Virus record (IMG/VR): IMGVR_UViG_3300038454_000106
Span: 37,698 to 101,697 of that record
DNA from: a virus
Length of the DNA stretch: 64,000 nt
Strand: one strand, 5' to 3'
Of this stretch, positions 26,258 through 34,370 are shown piece after piece. Both the position numbers and the translations under genes were made by a program. The notes under the pieces were generated by a model. The model worked only from the letters and a program-made list of their open reading frames with translations. It ran no database searches and was not told the DNA's origin. Position 1 is the first letter of the stretch. Each line of letters starts with the position of its first letter.

Positions 26258-28240
26258 CTAGGCGGACTGAGCCGCGCTGGTGCCGGGATAGGCGGGGTAG
26301 AGCGCGCGGCCGTTGTCGTCGACGACGCACTCCACGTTGTTCGGAGATGACCAGTGGATCTCACCGGTCGCGGTCTTGATGCACACACGGGGGCCCCACT
26401 GGCCGACATCGGCGCGCAGCACGACACCCTCGGTCCCGAGCGGCACCTTGCGGCCGCGAACGACGCGCACGAGCCGACCCTTACGGATGTCGAGGCTTGC
26501 ATCCGTGCGGCGCTCGGTCGCGATGGCCAGGGGGACACCGTCAACCATCGTCGCGGGAACCGACGACACAACCGGAGCGGAGGCAATGGTGCTCGTCACG
26601 GAGCGCGCCGGACGACGAGGACCGCGCTCGGTCGGGTTGATGACGACGCGCTCCACGGGAACGGCGACCGGAACGGGGCTCGGAGCCGGCGCCTCGACGG
26701 CGACCGTCGCCGCCGAGACGTCGCTGATCGCCTCCGGGATCGCGTCGGACGTCGCGACGGGCATCGCGTCGGACACCGCACCCTCGGCGCGCAGATCATC
26801 CCAGATACCGGCGAAGCGGATCGCCTCGGGTGACAGGGTGGGCGCGATCTCCTCGATGGCGGCCCGGACCGTGGACCGAAGGAGCGCCACGTGCGCATCG
26901 CCGAGCAACGCGGCGAAGCCCTGCGCGCGCTCGAGTACGACCTTCATGCGCTCATCGAGGCCGAGCGCGATCTTGTCACTGATCGGCTTGCCCGACGTCG
27001 CGGCCGCGTCGCGTGCCTCGCCATAGGCGACGAGGACATCGCGCGCCTCGTCGACGAGCGAAGCGACGAGTCCCTCGCGGAGTTGCTGACTCGTCGCGAT
27101 AGGGAGCGCGGGGAGGATCCACGAACCACCCCACCCCTGGCCCTTGAGAGCGGTGCAGAGCCGCTCGGCTTGTATCGCACGCTCGTGGCGCACGTAGTAG
27201 CTACCGGGCCCATAGCCGATGCCGGCCATGCGCTCGCGCATGATCTGGCCAAGCCACGCGGTGACATCCCCCGCGGCGAATTCCTCCGCCTCGCGGCGCG
27301 CCTCGTAGCGCGCGCGGAGTTGCGCGGCAAGCGAGGCGAGGTGCGCATTCAGCCCGACGTCCACGGTCAATCGCTCGTCGCGATCCAGCGTGGCCACCAT
27401 GGCGACGGAGCCGAACGAGTCGCCGACACCCTTGCCCGTCTGGAGATCGTCCACGCCGCCGATATTCCACTTGGCGATCCAGCCACGCTGCTCGCGAGTC
27501 TGGCCATCGGCCTCGACGGCGCGTGCCACGAAACCATCGTGATTGATGGCCGCCATGATGGCTCCCGCTTGCGCGCGAGCAGTCTTGGCCTCCGGGGCCC
27601 ATGCTGCGGGGAGTCCCGCAGACACGAGCGCGGCCTGGATCTGGCCCCGCGTGCGCTTACCGCGGCCGGACCACCCGACGAGCGCGCCATCGCGCACCTT
27701 GCTGGCGCCCGCGACGATGTCACCGTTGGTGAGCGTCGGAGCACGCGTACCCTGCGCCGGCGCGGTCAGTTGCGCGTTGCGCGCGGCATCCGCGTAGCGC
27801 GTCGCCTCGCCACGCTGGGCCACAACCGCGGTGTTGTAGCCAGCCACGGGGTTGACGTCGGCGCGCGCCACGCCACCGCGCACGAGATCACGCTGTGCGT
27901 GAAGCCGCTGGCCTTCCGCCGTGGCGGTACCGAGCGCGTCGCCGATGCTCGCCGTCGAGGAACCCGGGATCGGGGCCGGGGCCACCGACTCCTGCGCCGC
28001 GCGCTGCACGTTGCGTGCGGCGATCGCCGCGTTGCTGGCGAGCCGCGTTTGCGCATGCGCCGGGAGCGCGACCGGAGAGGGCGGCACCGGGGCCGGGGTC
28101 GGCGCCGGGGCCGGCGCGACGGGGGCCAGAGCCGGAGCCGGGCGCCCCAGCGCAGGGGCGCGAGTCACCGCGGTGCGCGCAGGGAGAGGATCCAGCTCGA
28201 GGGCGGCGAAGCGAGCGGCAGTGTCGTCGGTGGCGGACAT
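26258..28240 (-). CDS. large multidomain hypothetical protein with C-terminal SH3-like domain
   Basis: 660 aa; N-terminal RFAALELD, Pro/Ala linkers, C-terminal GRLVRVVRGRKVPLGTEGVV...RVCIKT..GE.HW....NVE. Confidence 0.75.
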   Translation of the reverse strand: MSATDDTAARFAALELDPLPARTAVTRAPALGRPAPALAPVAPAPAPTPAPVPPSPVALPAHAQTRLASNAAIAARNVQRAAQESVAPAPIPGSSTASIGDALGTATAEGQRLHAQRDLVRGGVARADVNPVAGYNTAVVAQRGEATRYADAARNAQLTAPAQGTRAPTLTNGDIVAGASKVRDGALVGWSGRGKRTRGQIQAALVSAGLPAAWAPEAKTARAQAGAIMAAINHDGFVARAVEADGQTREQRGWIAKWNIGGVDDLQTGKGVGDSFGSVAMVATLDRDERLTVDVGLNAHLASLAAQLRARYEARREAEEFAAGDVTAWLGQIMRERMAGIGYGPGSYYVRHERAIQAERLCTALKGQGWGGSWILPALPIATSQQLREGLVASLVDEARDVLVAYGEARDAAATSGKPISDKIALGLDERMKVVLERAQGFAALLGDAHVALLRSTVRAAIEEIAPTLSPEAIRFAGIWDDLRAEGAVSDAMPVATSDAIPEAISDVSAATVAVEAPAPSPVPVAVPVERVVINPTERGPRRPARSVTSTIASAPVVSSVPATMVDGVPLAIATERRTDASLDIRKGRLVRVVRGRKVPLGTEGVVLRADVGQWGPRVCIKTATGEIHWSSPNNVECVVDDNGRALYPAYPGTSAAQSA

Positions 28241-28248
28241 GGGACGGA

Positions 28249-28273
28249 CCTTTCTTGTCCCCAGATAGGGACA
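28249..28273 (-). promoter_or_regulatory. hairpin-SD motif copy 9
   Basis: TGTCCC-TATCTG-GGGACA-AGAAAGG-N8-ATG. Confidence 0.8.
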
Positions 28274-28341
28274 GAGACTTACGGTGTCGGGATGGCGGGC
28301 ACAGTGCAGAGCCCGGCTAGGGTTACGGCTAGGGTTACGAG

Positions 28342-28647
28342 TTACGGTTCACCATCGGGATCACCGTACGACGACTCGATCTCCGCGTCGCACTCCTCGA
28401 CGAGCGCGACCGTCTCTCCGTCGCGCTCGACGGTGAGAGACTCGCCCTCACACTCGAGGGCTGGACCTTCGTCGTACGTGGCGCACTCGAGCGCCATGCC
28501 TGCATGGTAGGCGGCCGTCGCGCACCACGCACAAAGGCACGTATCGGTGCCCTTGACGACATAGAGAATCGTGTCGCCTCCCGCGCTCGTGTACTGCGGG
28601 AGCGAGCCATCGGCGCGGAGTAACTGGCGAGTGACAGGGAAGGTCAC
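28342..28647 (-). CDS. hypothetical Cys-containing phage protein
   Basis: GG.TILY...D.CLC..CA...Y.EGP.L.C...C..EIES.YGD; GTG coupled to upstream stop. Confidence 0.6.
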   Translation of the reverse strand: MTFPVTRQLLRADGSLPQYTSAGGDTILYVVKGTDTCLCAWCATAAYHAGMALECATYDEGPALECEGESLTVERDGETVALVEECDAEIESSYGDPDGEP

Positions 28648-29075
28648 GACGCACCCCCAGTCGCGCGGTCGACGGTGCCAGGGACGATCCGGTACCCGTT
28701 CGCGGCGGCCCAGTCGTACGCGTCCGGCGCGGCGACGTGGTACGAGACGGCCTGCTCCGACTCGGTGTCGACGAGGACGATCTGGCCCTCCACGACGTTC
28801 GCAGAGCACGTGCGGGGCTGGCGGACCACGTGCGCGTAGTGGGCACGCACGACGTCGCGGATATGCACGTCGGCGCGCACCGCGGGCGCCTTGTCGTCGA
28901 GGCGGAAGTACGTCGGCCTGTGGCACGCGACGCACTGACCGACCACCACGGCAACGTCGTCGTCGGAGCGGTAGCGCTCCTCGACGTGATAGAGCCAGAT
29001 CGTCCCCCCGCACTCACAACAGGGGCCGCAGTCGGTCACGTAACGACCGTCGTGGAGAAAATGGCAGCGCGTCAC
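28644..29075 (-). CDS. hypothetical zinc-ribbon protein
   Basis: CCEC...CVAC; GTG coupled to upstream stop. Confidence 0.55.
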   Translation of the reverse strand: MTRCHFLHDGRYVTDCGPCCECGGTIWLYHVEERYRSDDDVAVVVGQCVACHRPTYFRLDDKAPAVRADVHIRDVVRAHYAHVVRQPRTCSANVVEGQIVLVDTESEQAVSYHVAAPDAYDWAAANGYRIVPGTVDRATGGAS

Positions 29076-29296
29076 GACGCCGTCTCCCGGACCGGGAAGA
29101 GCCGGTATCTGCCCGCACCCTCGATCGCCCACACCAGGCCAGCGGTGATCGCGCGGTGTACCGACTGGTACCCGTACATCAAGCTGCCGTGCGGTCCTAC
29201 GACGGATGCCGCAGCCTTCGCCGTGCAGCCCGGGTGGGCTGCGACGTACTGCGCAATCGCGGCCATACGTGGCCCAACGCGTCTCTTGGCGGACAT
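29072..29296 (-). CDS. small winged-helix-like protein
   Basis: YVAAHPGCT...Y.SVHRAI.AGLV....G.YRL; ATG behind the motif. Confidence 0.6.
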   Translation of the reverse strand: MSAKRRVGPRMAAIAQYVAAHPGCTAKAAASVVGPHGSLMYGYQSVHRAITAGLVWAIEGAGRYRLFPVRETAS

Positions 29297-29304
29297 GGAA
29301 TCAG

Positions 29305-29328
29305 CCTTTCTTGCCCCCAGATAGGGGC
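29305..29328 (-). promoter_or_regulatory. hairpin-SD motif copy 10
   Basis: GCCCC-TATCTG-GGGGC-AAGAAAGG-N8-ATG. Confidence 0.8.
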
Positions 29329-29389
29329 CTGGTGTGTAGGGACCGGGGTACCGCCGGTCGTGAATCACTCGCAAAGGTAAGACGACCGG

Positions 29390-29640
29390 AGTTCCGAAGT
29401 TATTTAGCCAACCGTAAACTTTCTTCTAAGTTGTTGAAATCATTGACGTATTCCCATCCGAAGGGGATCGTAAGTATGCGAAATCATTAAGTCATTGGAA
29501 TTCACGTACTTAGGGGATCGGAGTCCCATCCGACTCCCTTCGGATGGGAGTCTAGGGAATCTCCTGATCGGGAGTGCGCCCAATCCAAGGAACTCCCGAT
29601 CGGGAGTGCGTCCGATTTGCGTTGACAAACGGAGCGAGCT
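29390..29640. promoter_or_regulatory. AT-rich non-coding control region with nested inverted repeats (candidate origin, att or operator region)
   Basis: AT-rich 29395-29512; TCCCATCCGAAGGG/CCCTTCGGATGGGA IR; TAAGTATGCGAA/TTCACGTACTTA imperfect IR; perfect palindrome ACTCCCGATCGGGAGT at 29592-29607. Confidence 0.6.
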
Positions 29641-29641
29641 G

Positions 29642-30319
29642 TTAGCTCACAACGAATCGCCTGTAACGCATGAAGATCGATGCCCATCGCGGATCACGGT
29701 GACCGCGGAAGTAGTCCCGTCCGGCCCACGGTGCACCATCCGTCTCGACGATGGCGCGGCCAAGCTGGCGATCATTGCTCGCCGAGCAATGGGCCACGCG
29801 GAGTCGATGGTACGGTGGAGCCTTCGTGTTCCATTCGAATTCGGAGAGCAACTTGCCGTGGCCGTCGACCATGCCAGTGACCATGCCAACGTGGCCGATA
29901 CGATCTCGACTGCCATCGCGATCGTAGTCAATCGAGGGGTACACGATCAGGCACGCGGACTCGGGCCACGAGATGATCTCGAACCACCGCATACGCGTGT
30001 GAGCTTCGAGAATCATGGAGTCAGTGTTGGCCCAGTCCCAGAGCGGTGCAAAATCGGGCTGCATGCGGTCGAAACCAAGACTCCAGGTCTGGTATCCAAC
30101 GCAGTCGCACGTTGCGCGACGGAGCTTGAGCACTGGAGAGCGCCAGTGCGTCGCCGGATCGAAGGCATCCGGATCCGCGCCCCCGTTGTGCCCTGGCTCC
30201 ATGCTGTAGCGGATCGCCCTGCCGCCCTCACCGAGCATGCGCCGGGCTCGTTGGAGCGCCTGCTCACGCGTCATGGAACGGACGCGCCCGCGCTTCGCGA
30301 GTGTTGCCGCGTCCGCCAT
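29642..30319 (-). CDS. NlpC/P60 or CHAP-like peptidoglycan endopeptidase
   Basis: CDCVG catalytic Cys, GHVGMV His, VAHCS. Confidence 0.75.
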   Translation of the reverse strand: MADAATLAKRGRVRSMTREQALQRARRMLGEGGRAIRYSMEPGHNGGADPDAFDPATHWRSPVLKLRRATCDCVGYQTWSLGFDRMQPDFAPLWDWANTDSMILEAHTRMRWFEIISWPESACLIVYPSIDYDRDGSRDRIGHVGMVTGMVDGHGKLLSEFEWNTKAPPYHRLRVAHCSASNDRQLGRAIVETDGAPWAGRDYFRGHRDPRWASIFMRYRRFVVS

Positions 30320-30322
30320 GCG

Positions 30323-30565
30323 CTACCGACGGTATCGGCGCCTGCGTCGAGCCATCATCCGAGGCCCATACAGGCCCCGGAGTGTCTTGCGACCACTCTT
30401 GAACTTCTGCAGGCCCCAGACGACGGGATACGACACGATGAACCCGGCGATGCCAGCCGAGGCCAGCGTCAACGCGGCCATCACGGGCAACGGTTGCCGC
30501 AGAATGAAGTCACCGACGGGGTTGCCGAGGCTACGCGGTCCATCGAGAGTCATCACGCTTGGCAT
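30323..30565 (-). CDS. membrane protein with Arg-rich C-terminal tail
   Basis: one TM segment; ends GLYGPRMMARRRRRYRR. Confidence 0.65.
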   Translation of the reverse strand: MPSVMTLDGPRSLGNPVGDFILRQPLPVMAALTLASAGIAGFIVSYPVVWGLQKFKSGRKTLRGLYGPRMMARRRRRYRR

Positions 30566-30812
30566 GGTCAATCCCTCCATCCCGGGCGATCACTCTGCAC
30601 ACGTTCACAGATTCGATCGACCTCGACGGTGGCAGCGTGCCACGGTGCCTTCTCTCGAAGCGAGGCTCCCCGGGGTGGACGTGCCACGTCGAGATGATTC
30701 CGGGCTACGTGACAATCACGTCTCTTGGCGGCTGCCACGGCGAGCCTGAGATGATCTGCCCCCGAACCGAGATCCCGACGGCGCCGCCTGCGCTTCTTGC
30801 GACTCCTGCCGC

Positions 30813-31211
30813 TCACGCGTTTCTCCAGCCGTGCCACGAGGCGCCGATCATCGTCACGCCGGCGCCAACATCGATCGCGCCAGCCGTGAGGTGCGGTACC
30901 TTGTCGTAGCCCCTCGAGTTGTAGAAGTACAAGCCACCGAGCACCGTACTCCCAAGGCCCGTGAGCCCACCGAGTCCAGCGGTGACCTTGGCGAGAGTGG
31001 TGTGCCCCTTGCGGCCCAGAGCGATCGAGCCGAACGACGCGGCGAGCCCAGCAGCAAGCCCAGCCCACTCGAGCCAGGTCAAGTCGACGTAAGGAATCGG
31101 GCCACTGAGGAACGTGGGCAGCGGTGCGCCGAGCATCTGGGGCAGGTTGCCCAGCATCTGCGGCATGGAGTTACCGAGGACGGCGGGCAGATGAGTCGAC
31201 GTGAGCATCAC
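30813..31211 (-). CDS. multi-pass membrane protein
   Basis: N-terminal VLG/QMLG/QMLG repeats, three hydrophobic segments. Confidence 0.65.
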   Translation of the reverse strand: MMLTSTHLPAVLGNSMPQMLGNLPQMLGAPLPTFLSGPIPYVDLTWLEWAGLAAGLAASFGSIALGRKGHTTLAKVTAGLGGLTGLGSTVLGGLYFYNSRGYDKVPHLTAGAIDVGAGVTMIGASWHGWRNA

Positions 31212-31468
31212 TTCCTCCGACGACGGGGACCCTGGAGGCCACCGCAGCGATCGGCCACCGCGTCGGCGGCCTGGTAGTAGAGGCGCCGGTCAGTCGGCGA
31301 GCCACCTCGGGCACTCTCGAGATGCATGCGCGCGATGCCACACTGGCCCTTGGTGGCCGCGCGGTACGCCATGAGCCGGTGCTGACTCCGGCCCGAGGAT
31401 GTCGCCACCGAGCCGAGCCCTTTGCGCTGGTAGCGGCGACCATGCTTGCGCTTGCGGCTGCGCGACAT
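31208..31468 (-). CDS. small basic protein, putative core protein
   Basis: MSRSRKRKHGRRYQRKGLG...GGLQGPRRRRK. Confidence 0.6.
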   Translation of the reverse strand: MSRSRKRKHGRRYQRKGLGSVATSSGRSQHRLMAYRAATKGQCGIARMHLESARGGSPTDRRLYYQAADAVADRCGGLQGPRRRRK

Positions 31469-31469
31469 G

Positions 31470-31742
31470 CTAGCGCCTTCGCTTCCAGAAGTACCGTCCG
31501 CCAAGGAGCGCACCTGCCGCGCCACCGACGGCGGCCCAGAGCTTCCAGTTGCCGAGCACGTCAGTCACGCCCGCGAGCTGATCGATGCCTTCCATGCTGG
31601 CTGGATTCCAGAAGAACGCGCCATGTGCACCCTCACTGGTGCCATAGGCGGGCACGATCCGGATCCGCTGGTACGGATTCAGCGGCTCGAGGCCAGCGAC
31701 CTGCTGCCAACGGCGGGCGGCGATCATGCCAGTAGCATACAC
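31470..31742 (-). CDS. small membrane protein
   Basis: C-terminal TM followed by WKRRR. Confidence 0.6.
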   Translation of the reverse strand: MYATGMIAARRWQQVAGLEPLNPYQRIRIVPAYGTSEGAHGAFFWNPASMEGIDQLAGVTDVLGNWKLWAAVGGAAGALLGGRYFWKRRR

Positions 31743-31760
31743 GGTGACTTACGGAGCGTG

Positions 31761-32387
31761 CTAGTGAATCGGGACGCTACCCCGGAGGACCGCCAGATTG
31801 AAGGCTCGCCGCACCGGGGGATAGAGACTACACAGCCGGCCCATCTCCCGCGGAATCTGGTCCCGGAGCGGGTCTCGGTCACTCCAACGGATCCAGCCGT
31901 CGACATCGGCCATGGACACGTCAGTCTCCGTCTCGCTGGCGTGCTGATCGGTCGATGGCGCTGCGTCGGTGCGCTCCAAGTGGACCACGTAGCCGGCCAG
32001 CGCCAGGGGGTGCCGATCCTCGAGCTGGCGCAGGGTGGCCAACTCATACTGGTACCGACAGTCATCCACCACGTACAGCGGGCCGTCCTCGGCGACAACT
32101 CGGTCGATCAGGGCCTTGACGAGCACACCCTGTCCCAGGCCAGACCGGAGTCCATCGCCGATGCGCTGCAAGAGCCAGCGCGGAGTGACTCCATAGCGAG
32201 AATCGATGGCTTCCTTGCGCGCCGGATCGCGCAACATCTCATTCGTGAAACCGAAGGCATGAGACACGATCGAACGCAGCGGCTCAGCAAACGAGAGCAG
32301 TCTCGCACCATAGGTCGCGACGAGAATCTCGGCCGCCGTCGACTTGCCGGTCTGCTTCCGCCCGTGAAACGCGATGATCGTTTTCAT
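31761..32387 (-). CDS. deoxynucleoside monophosphate kinase (phage type)
   Basis: GRKQTGKST P-loop, SFAEPLR, TPRWLLQRIG, VVDDCRY..E, HASE. Confidence 0.85.
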   Translation of the reverse strand: MKTIIAFHGRKQTGKSTAAEILVATYGARLLSFAEPLRSIVSHAFGFTNEMLRDPARKEAIDSRYGVTPRWLLQRIGDGLRSGLGQGVLVKALIDRVVAEDGPLYVVDDCRYQYELATLRQLEDRHPLALAGYVVHLERTDAAPSTDQHASETETDVSMADVDGWIRWSDRDPLRDQIPREMGRLCSLYPPVRRAFNLAVLRGSVPIH

Positions 32388-33250
32388 TCAGCGACGCTAG
32401 ATGGCCTAGACGACACCGGGCCATTGCTGCCGTCGTCGGCGATCTGGACCGGCACCTCACCGTAGAGCACGTCATCGTCGCGATCGGACCTGTGTGCCAT
32501 GGTGCGATTCCGCACGTCGGGCCGCAACGCGTCAAACGCCTTGCGCAGGGCGACCTCTGCGAGAATCACAGCCCGCAGCTCGCCCTCGACGGGGAGCCAG
32601 CTCTCGTGCCCGACGCCATCGAAGCCCGCACAGTACTCCACCACGACGTCACGATTGTTGATCACCACGCGATAGGAACCAGCGACCTTACCACCCTCGT
32701 AGGTGAACCGGATCACGCGACGCTTGTTATCGGCGCGACGCTTGACCTCGGCGTTGATGACGTTGAATCGAGCCTCGGCCTCCCGCTGGCGTTCGGCCTC
32801 CCGCCGGCGTTTCTCGAGCTGCCAGCTCGTGGCGAACTCACGCAGGTTGCGCTCGATAGTCTCGAGATACGCGCTGAGCCGGTGGCCTGAGTCCATGACA
32901 GCGTCGATCGCCTGCATGAGCACCGTCATGCGCTGGAGCGCCTGCTCGGTCTGGGCCTCGACCTGTGCGTCGTGGAGCGCCTGGTAGACGGTGTGGTGGG
33001 ATTGCACGACGCGCGCGCTGAGCCCAGCGGCCGTACACGCCATCTCGGCGGCCTCGGTGAGCAGCCGGCTCGATGAGCGAACCGTGTCTCCACGGCCCGT
33101 CGAGTATCTCCAGCCCTCGTGTGCGATCGCGCCGATCAGGTCATGGAGAACCTCTGGATCGAGGCCTGGCACGTAGTCTCTGAATCGCTCGAAGAGCGTT
33201 TGCTCGAACGGATCGCTCGTTGGCTTGATTTCCACGTCGGACTCGCTCAT
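32384..33250 (-). CDS. hypothetical coiled-coil protein
   Basis: ATG 33250 overlaps the methylase stop. Confidence 0.65.
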   Translation of the reverse strand: MSESDVEIKPTSDPFEQTLFERFRDYVPGLDPEVLHDLIGAIAHEGWRYSTGRGDTVRSSSRLLTEAAEMACTAAGLSARVVQSHHTVYQALHDAQVEAQTEQALQRMTVLMQAIDAVMDSGHRLSAYLETIERNLREFATSWQLEKRRREAERQREAEARFNVINAEVKRRADNKRRVIRFTYEGGKVAGSYRVVINNRDVVVEYCAGFDGVGHESWLPVEGELRAVILAEVALRKAFDALRPDVRNRTMAHRSDRDDDVLYGEVPVQIADDGSNGPVSSRPSSVAE

Positions 33251-34074
33251 GGCTCCCTCCCGATGTTGCTGGTGATGAGTAGGCACTCAGCCGCCTGCCG
33301 GCGCGTGCTATCTGCCGCGATGGTGCGAGACTCGAAGATGGGCTCGACGGTGGCCCACCGGTAGAGCCCCCGGATGCGAGGCGTGTCCGCGTTGCTCGTG
33401 ACGACGGCAGCGCCGCGACGTGCGGCGCTCCACAAGACCCGCGCGAGCTGCTCCTGATCGTCGGGACCGAACCCCTCCGCCGTGTAGCCATCGAAGCCCT
33501 CGTCATAGGGTGGATCGGCGTAGATGACCGGGGGAGCGACGCGAGTGATCTCCCGAGCGATGACATCGTTGGCGAGCGCGTGGCCGATGGCAGCGTTCTG
33601 CAGCGCGCTCGCCGCGGCCTGGAACGCGTCGAGGCTAGCGAGATACTGGCGACCGTCGCCATAGGGCACGTTGAACTCGCCGGCCTGGTTGACCCGCCAG
33701 AGGCCGTTGAAGGCAAACGCGTTGAGGTAGAAGAACCGAGCCGCATCGTCGAGCGTCCGTGCGCCATACTTGACCAGACTGCGCTCCTTCTCGTACTGGT
33801 CACGTGCGCTGCGCGTCCAGATCCGCTCGGAGGCGAGCGTGTGGAGAGCCAGTGGCGAGCGACAGACCCATCGCCAGGCATTGACGACGTCGGAGCAGGC
33901 ATCGGCGAGCAGCATCCGGCGCTCCGGCATCGCCAAGGCAACGGCGCCGGCCCCGAGAAATGGCTCGACATAGAGGGCGCCTGGGCGGGCCTCGAGCGCC
34001 CGCTCGAGGAGCGGGACGATCGTCGAGACCAGACGACGTTTGCCGCCCGGCCATCGGAAGATGGGCTCGGCCAT
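33247..34074 (-). CDS. dam: Dam-like N6-adenine DNA methyltransferase (D12 class)
   Basis: FRWPGGK, EPFLGAGAV, FNGLWRVN..G.FNVPYG, YADPPY, VTSN. Confidence 0.9.
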   Translation of the reverse strand: MAEPIFRWPGGKRRLVSTIVPLLERALEARPGALYVEPFLGAGAVALAMPERRMLLADACSDVVNAWRWVCRSPLALHTLASERIWTRSARDQYEKERSLVKYGARTLDDAARFFYLNAFAFNGLWRVNQAGEFNVPYGDGRQYLASLDAFQAAASALQNAAIGHALANDVIAREITRVAPPVIYADPPYDEGFDGYTAEGFGPDDQEQLARVLWSAARRGAAVVTSNADTPRIRGLYRWATVEPIFESRTIAADSTRRQAAECLLITSNIGREP

Positions 34075-34080
34075 AGGGCC

Positions 34081-34344
34081 TCAACGTGCGTGCTGCGTCA
34101 GCGCCAACTCGCGCATCGCCGGATAGACCTGCTCGCACGAGGCCAGGAGGTGATGCTCCATCGCGTCGAGGTGTGCGATGCACTTTCTCACGATGGCCTC
34201 CATGGCTGCGCGCGGATCCGCATCGAACGCGTGCTCGAACGTCGGCATCGGCGCTGCGTGCACACGAAGTCTCAGGCCGCCCTGGGTGAGGGTCCAGCAG
34301 AACTCGAGATCTCCATCGGTCGCGACACTGGTGATATTCAGCAT
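34081..34344 (-). CDS. hypothetical protein
   Basis: 87-aa ORF between the polymerase and methylase genes. Confidence 0.5.
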   Translation of the reverse strand: MLNITSVATDGDLEFCWTLTQGGLRLRVHAAPMPTFEHAFDADPRAAMEAIVRKCIAHLDAMEHHLLASCEQVYPAMRELALTQHAR

Positions 34345-34370
34345 GGCTCACACGCTAGCGGACGCAGACG

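Noticed and set aside
28314-28347. CGGCTAGGGTTA x2 resembling telomeric TTAGGG repeats
   Set aside because: Only a short local tandem duplication just after a stop codon; no array
26891-28510. Long opposite-strand ORFs (for example 26891-28510, 29495-30697, 31446-32465, 35319-36239)
   Set aside because: Shadow frames of well-supported genes in GC-rich DNA; no motifs or initiation signals
18296-29328. Hairpin-SD motifs as integron attC sites
   Set aside because: Far too short, no RYYYAAC/GTTRRRY ends, and nothing marks the tyrosine recombinase as IntI-type
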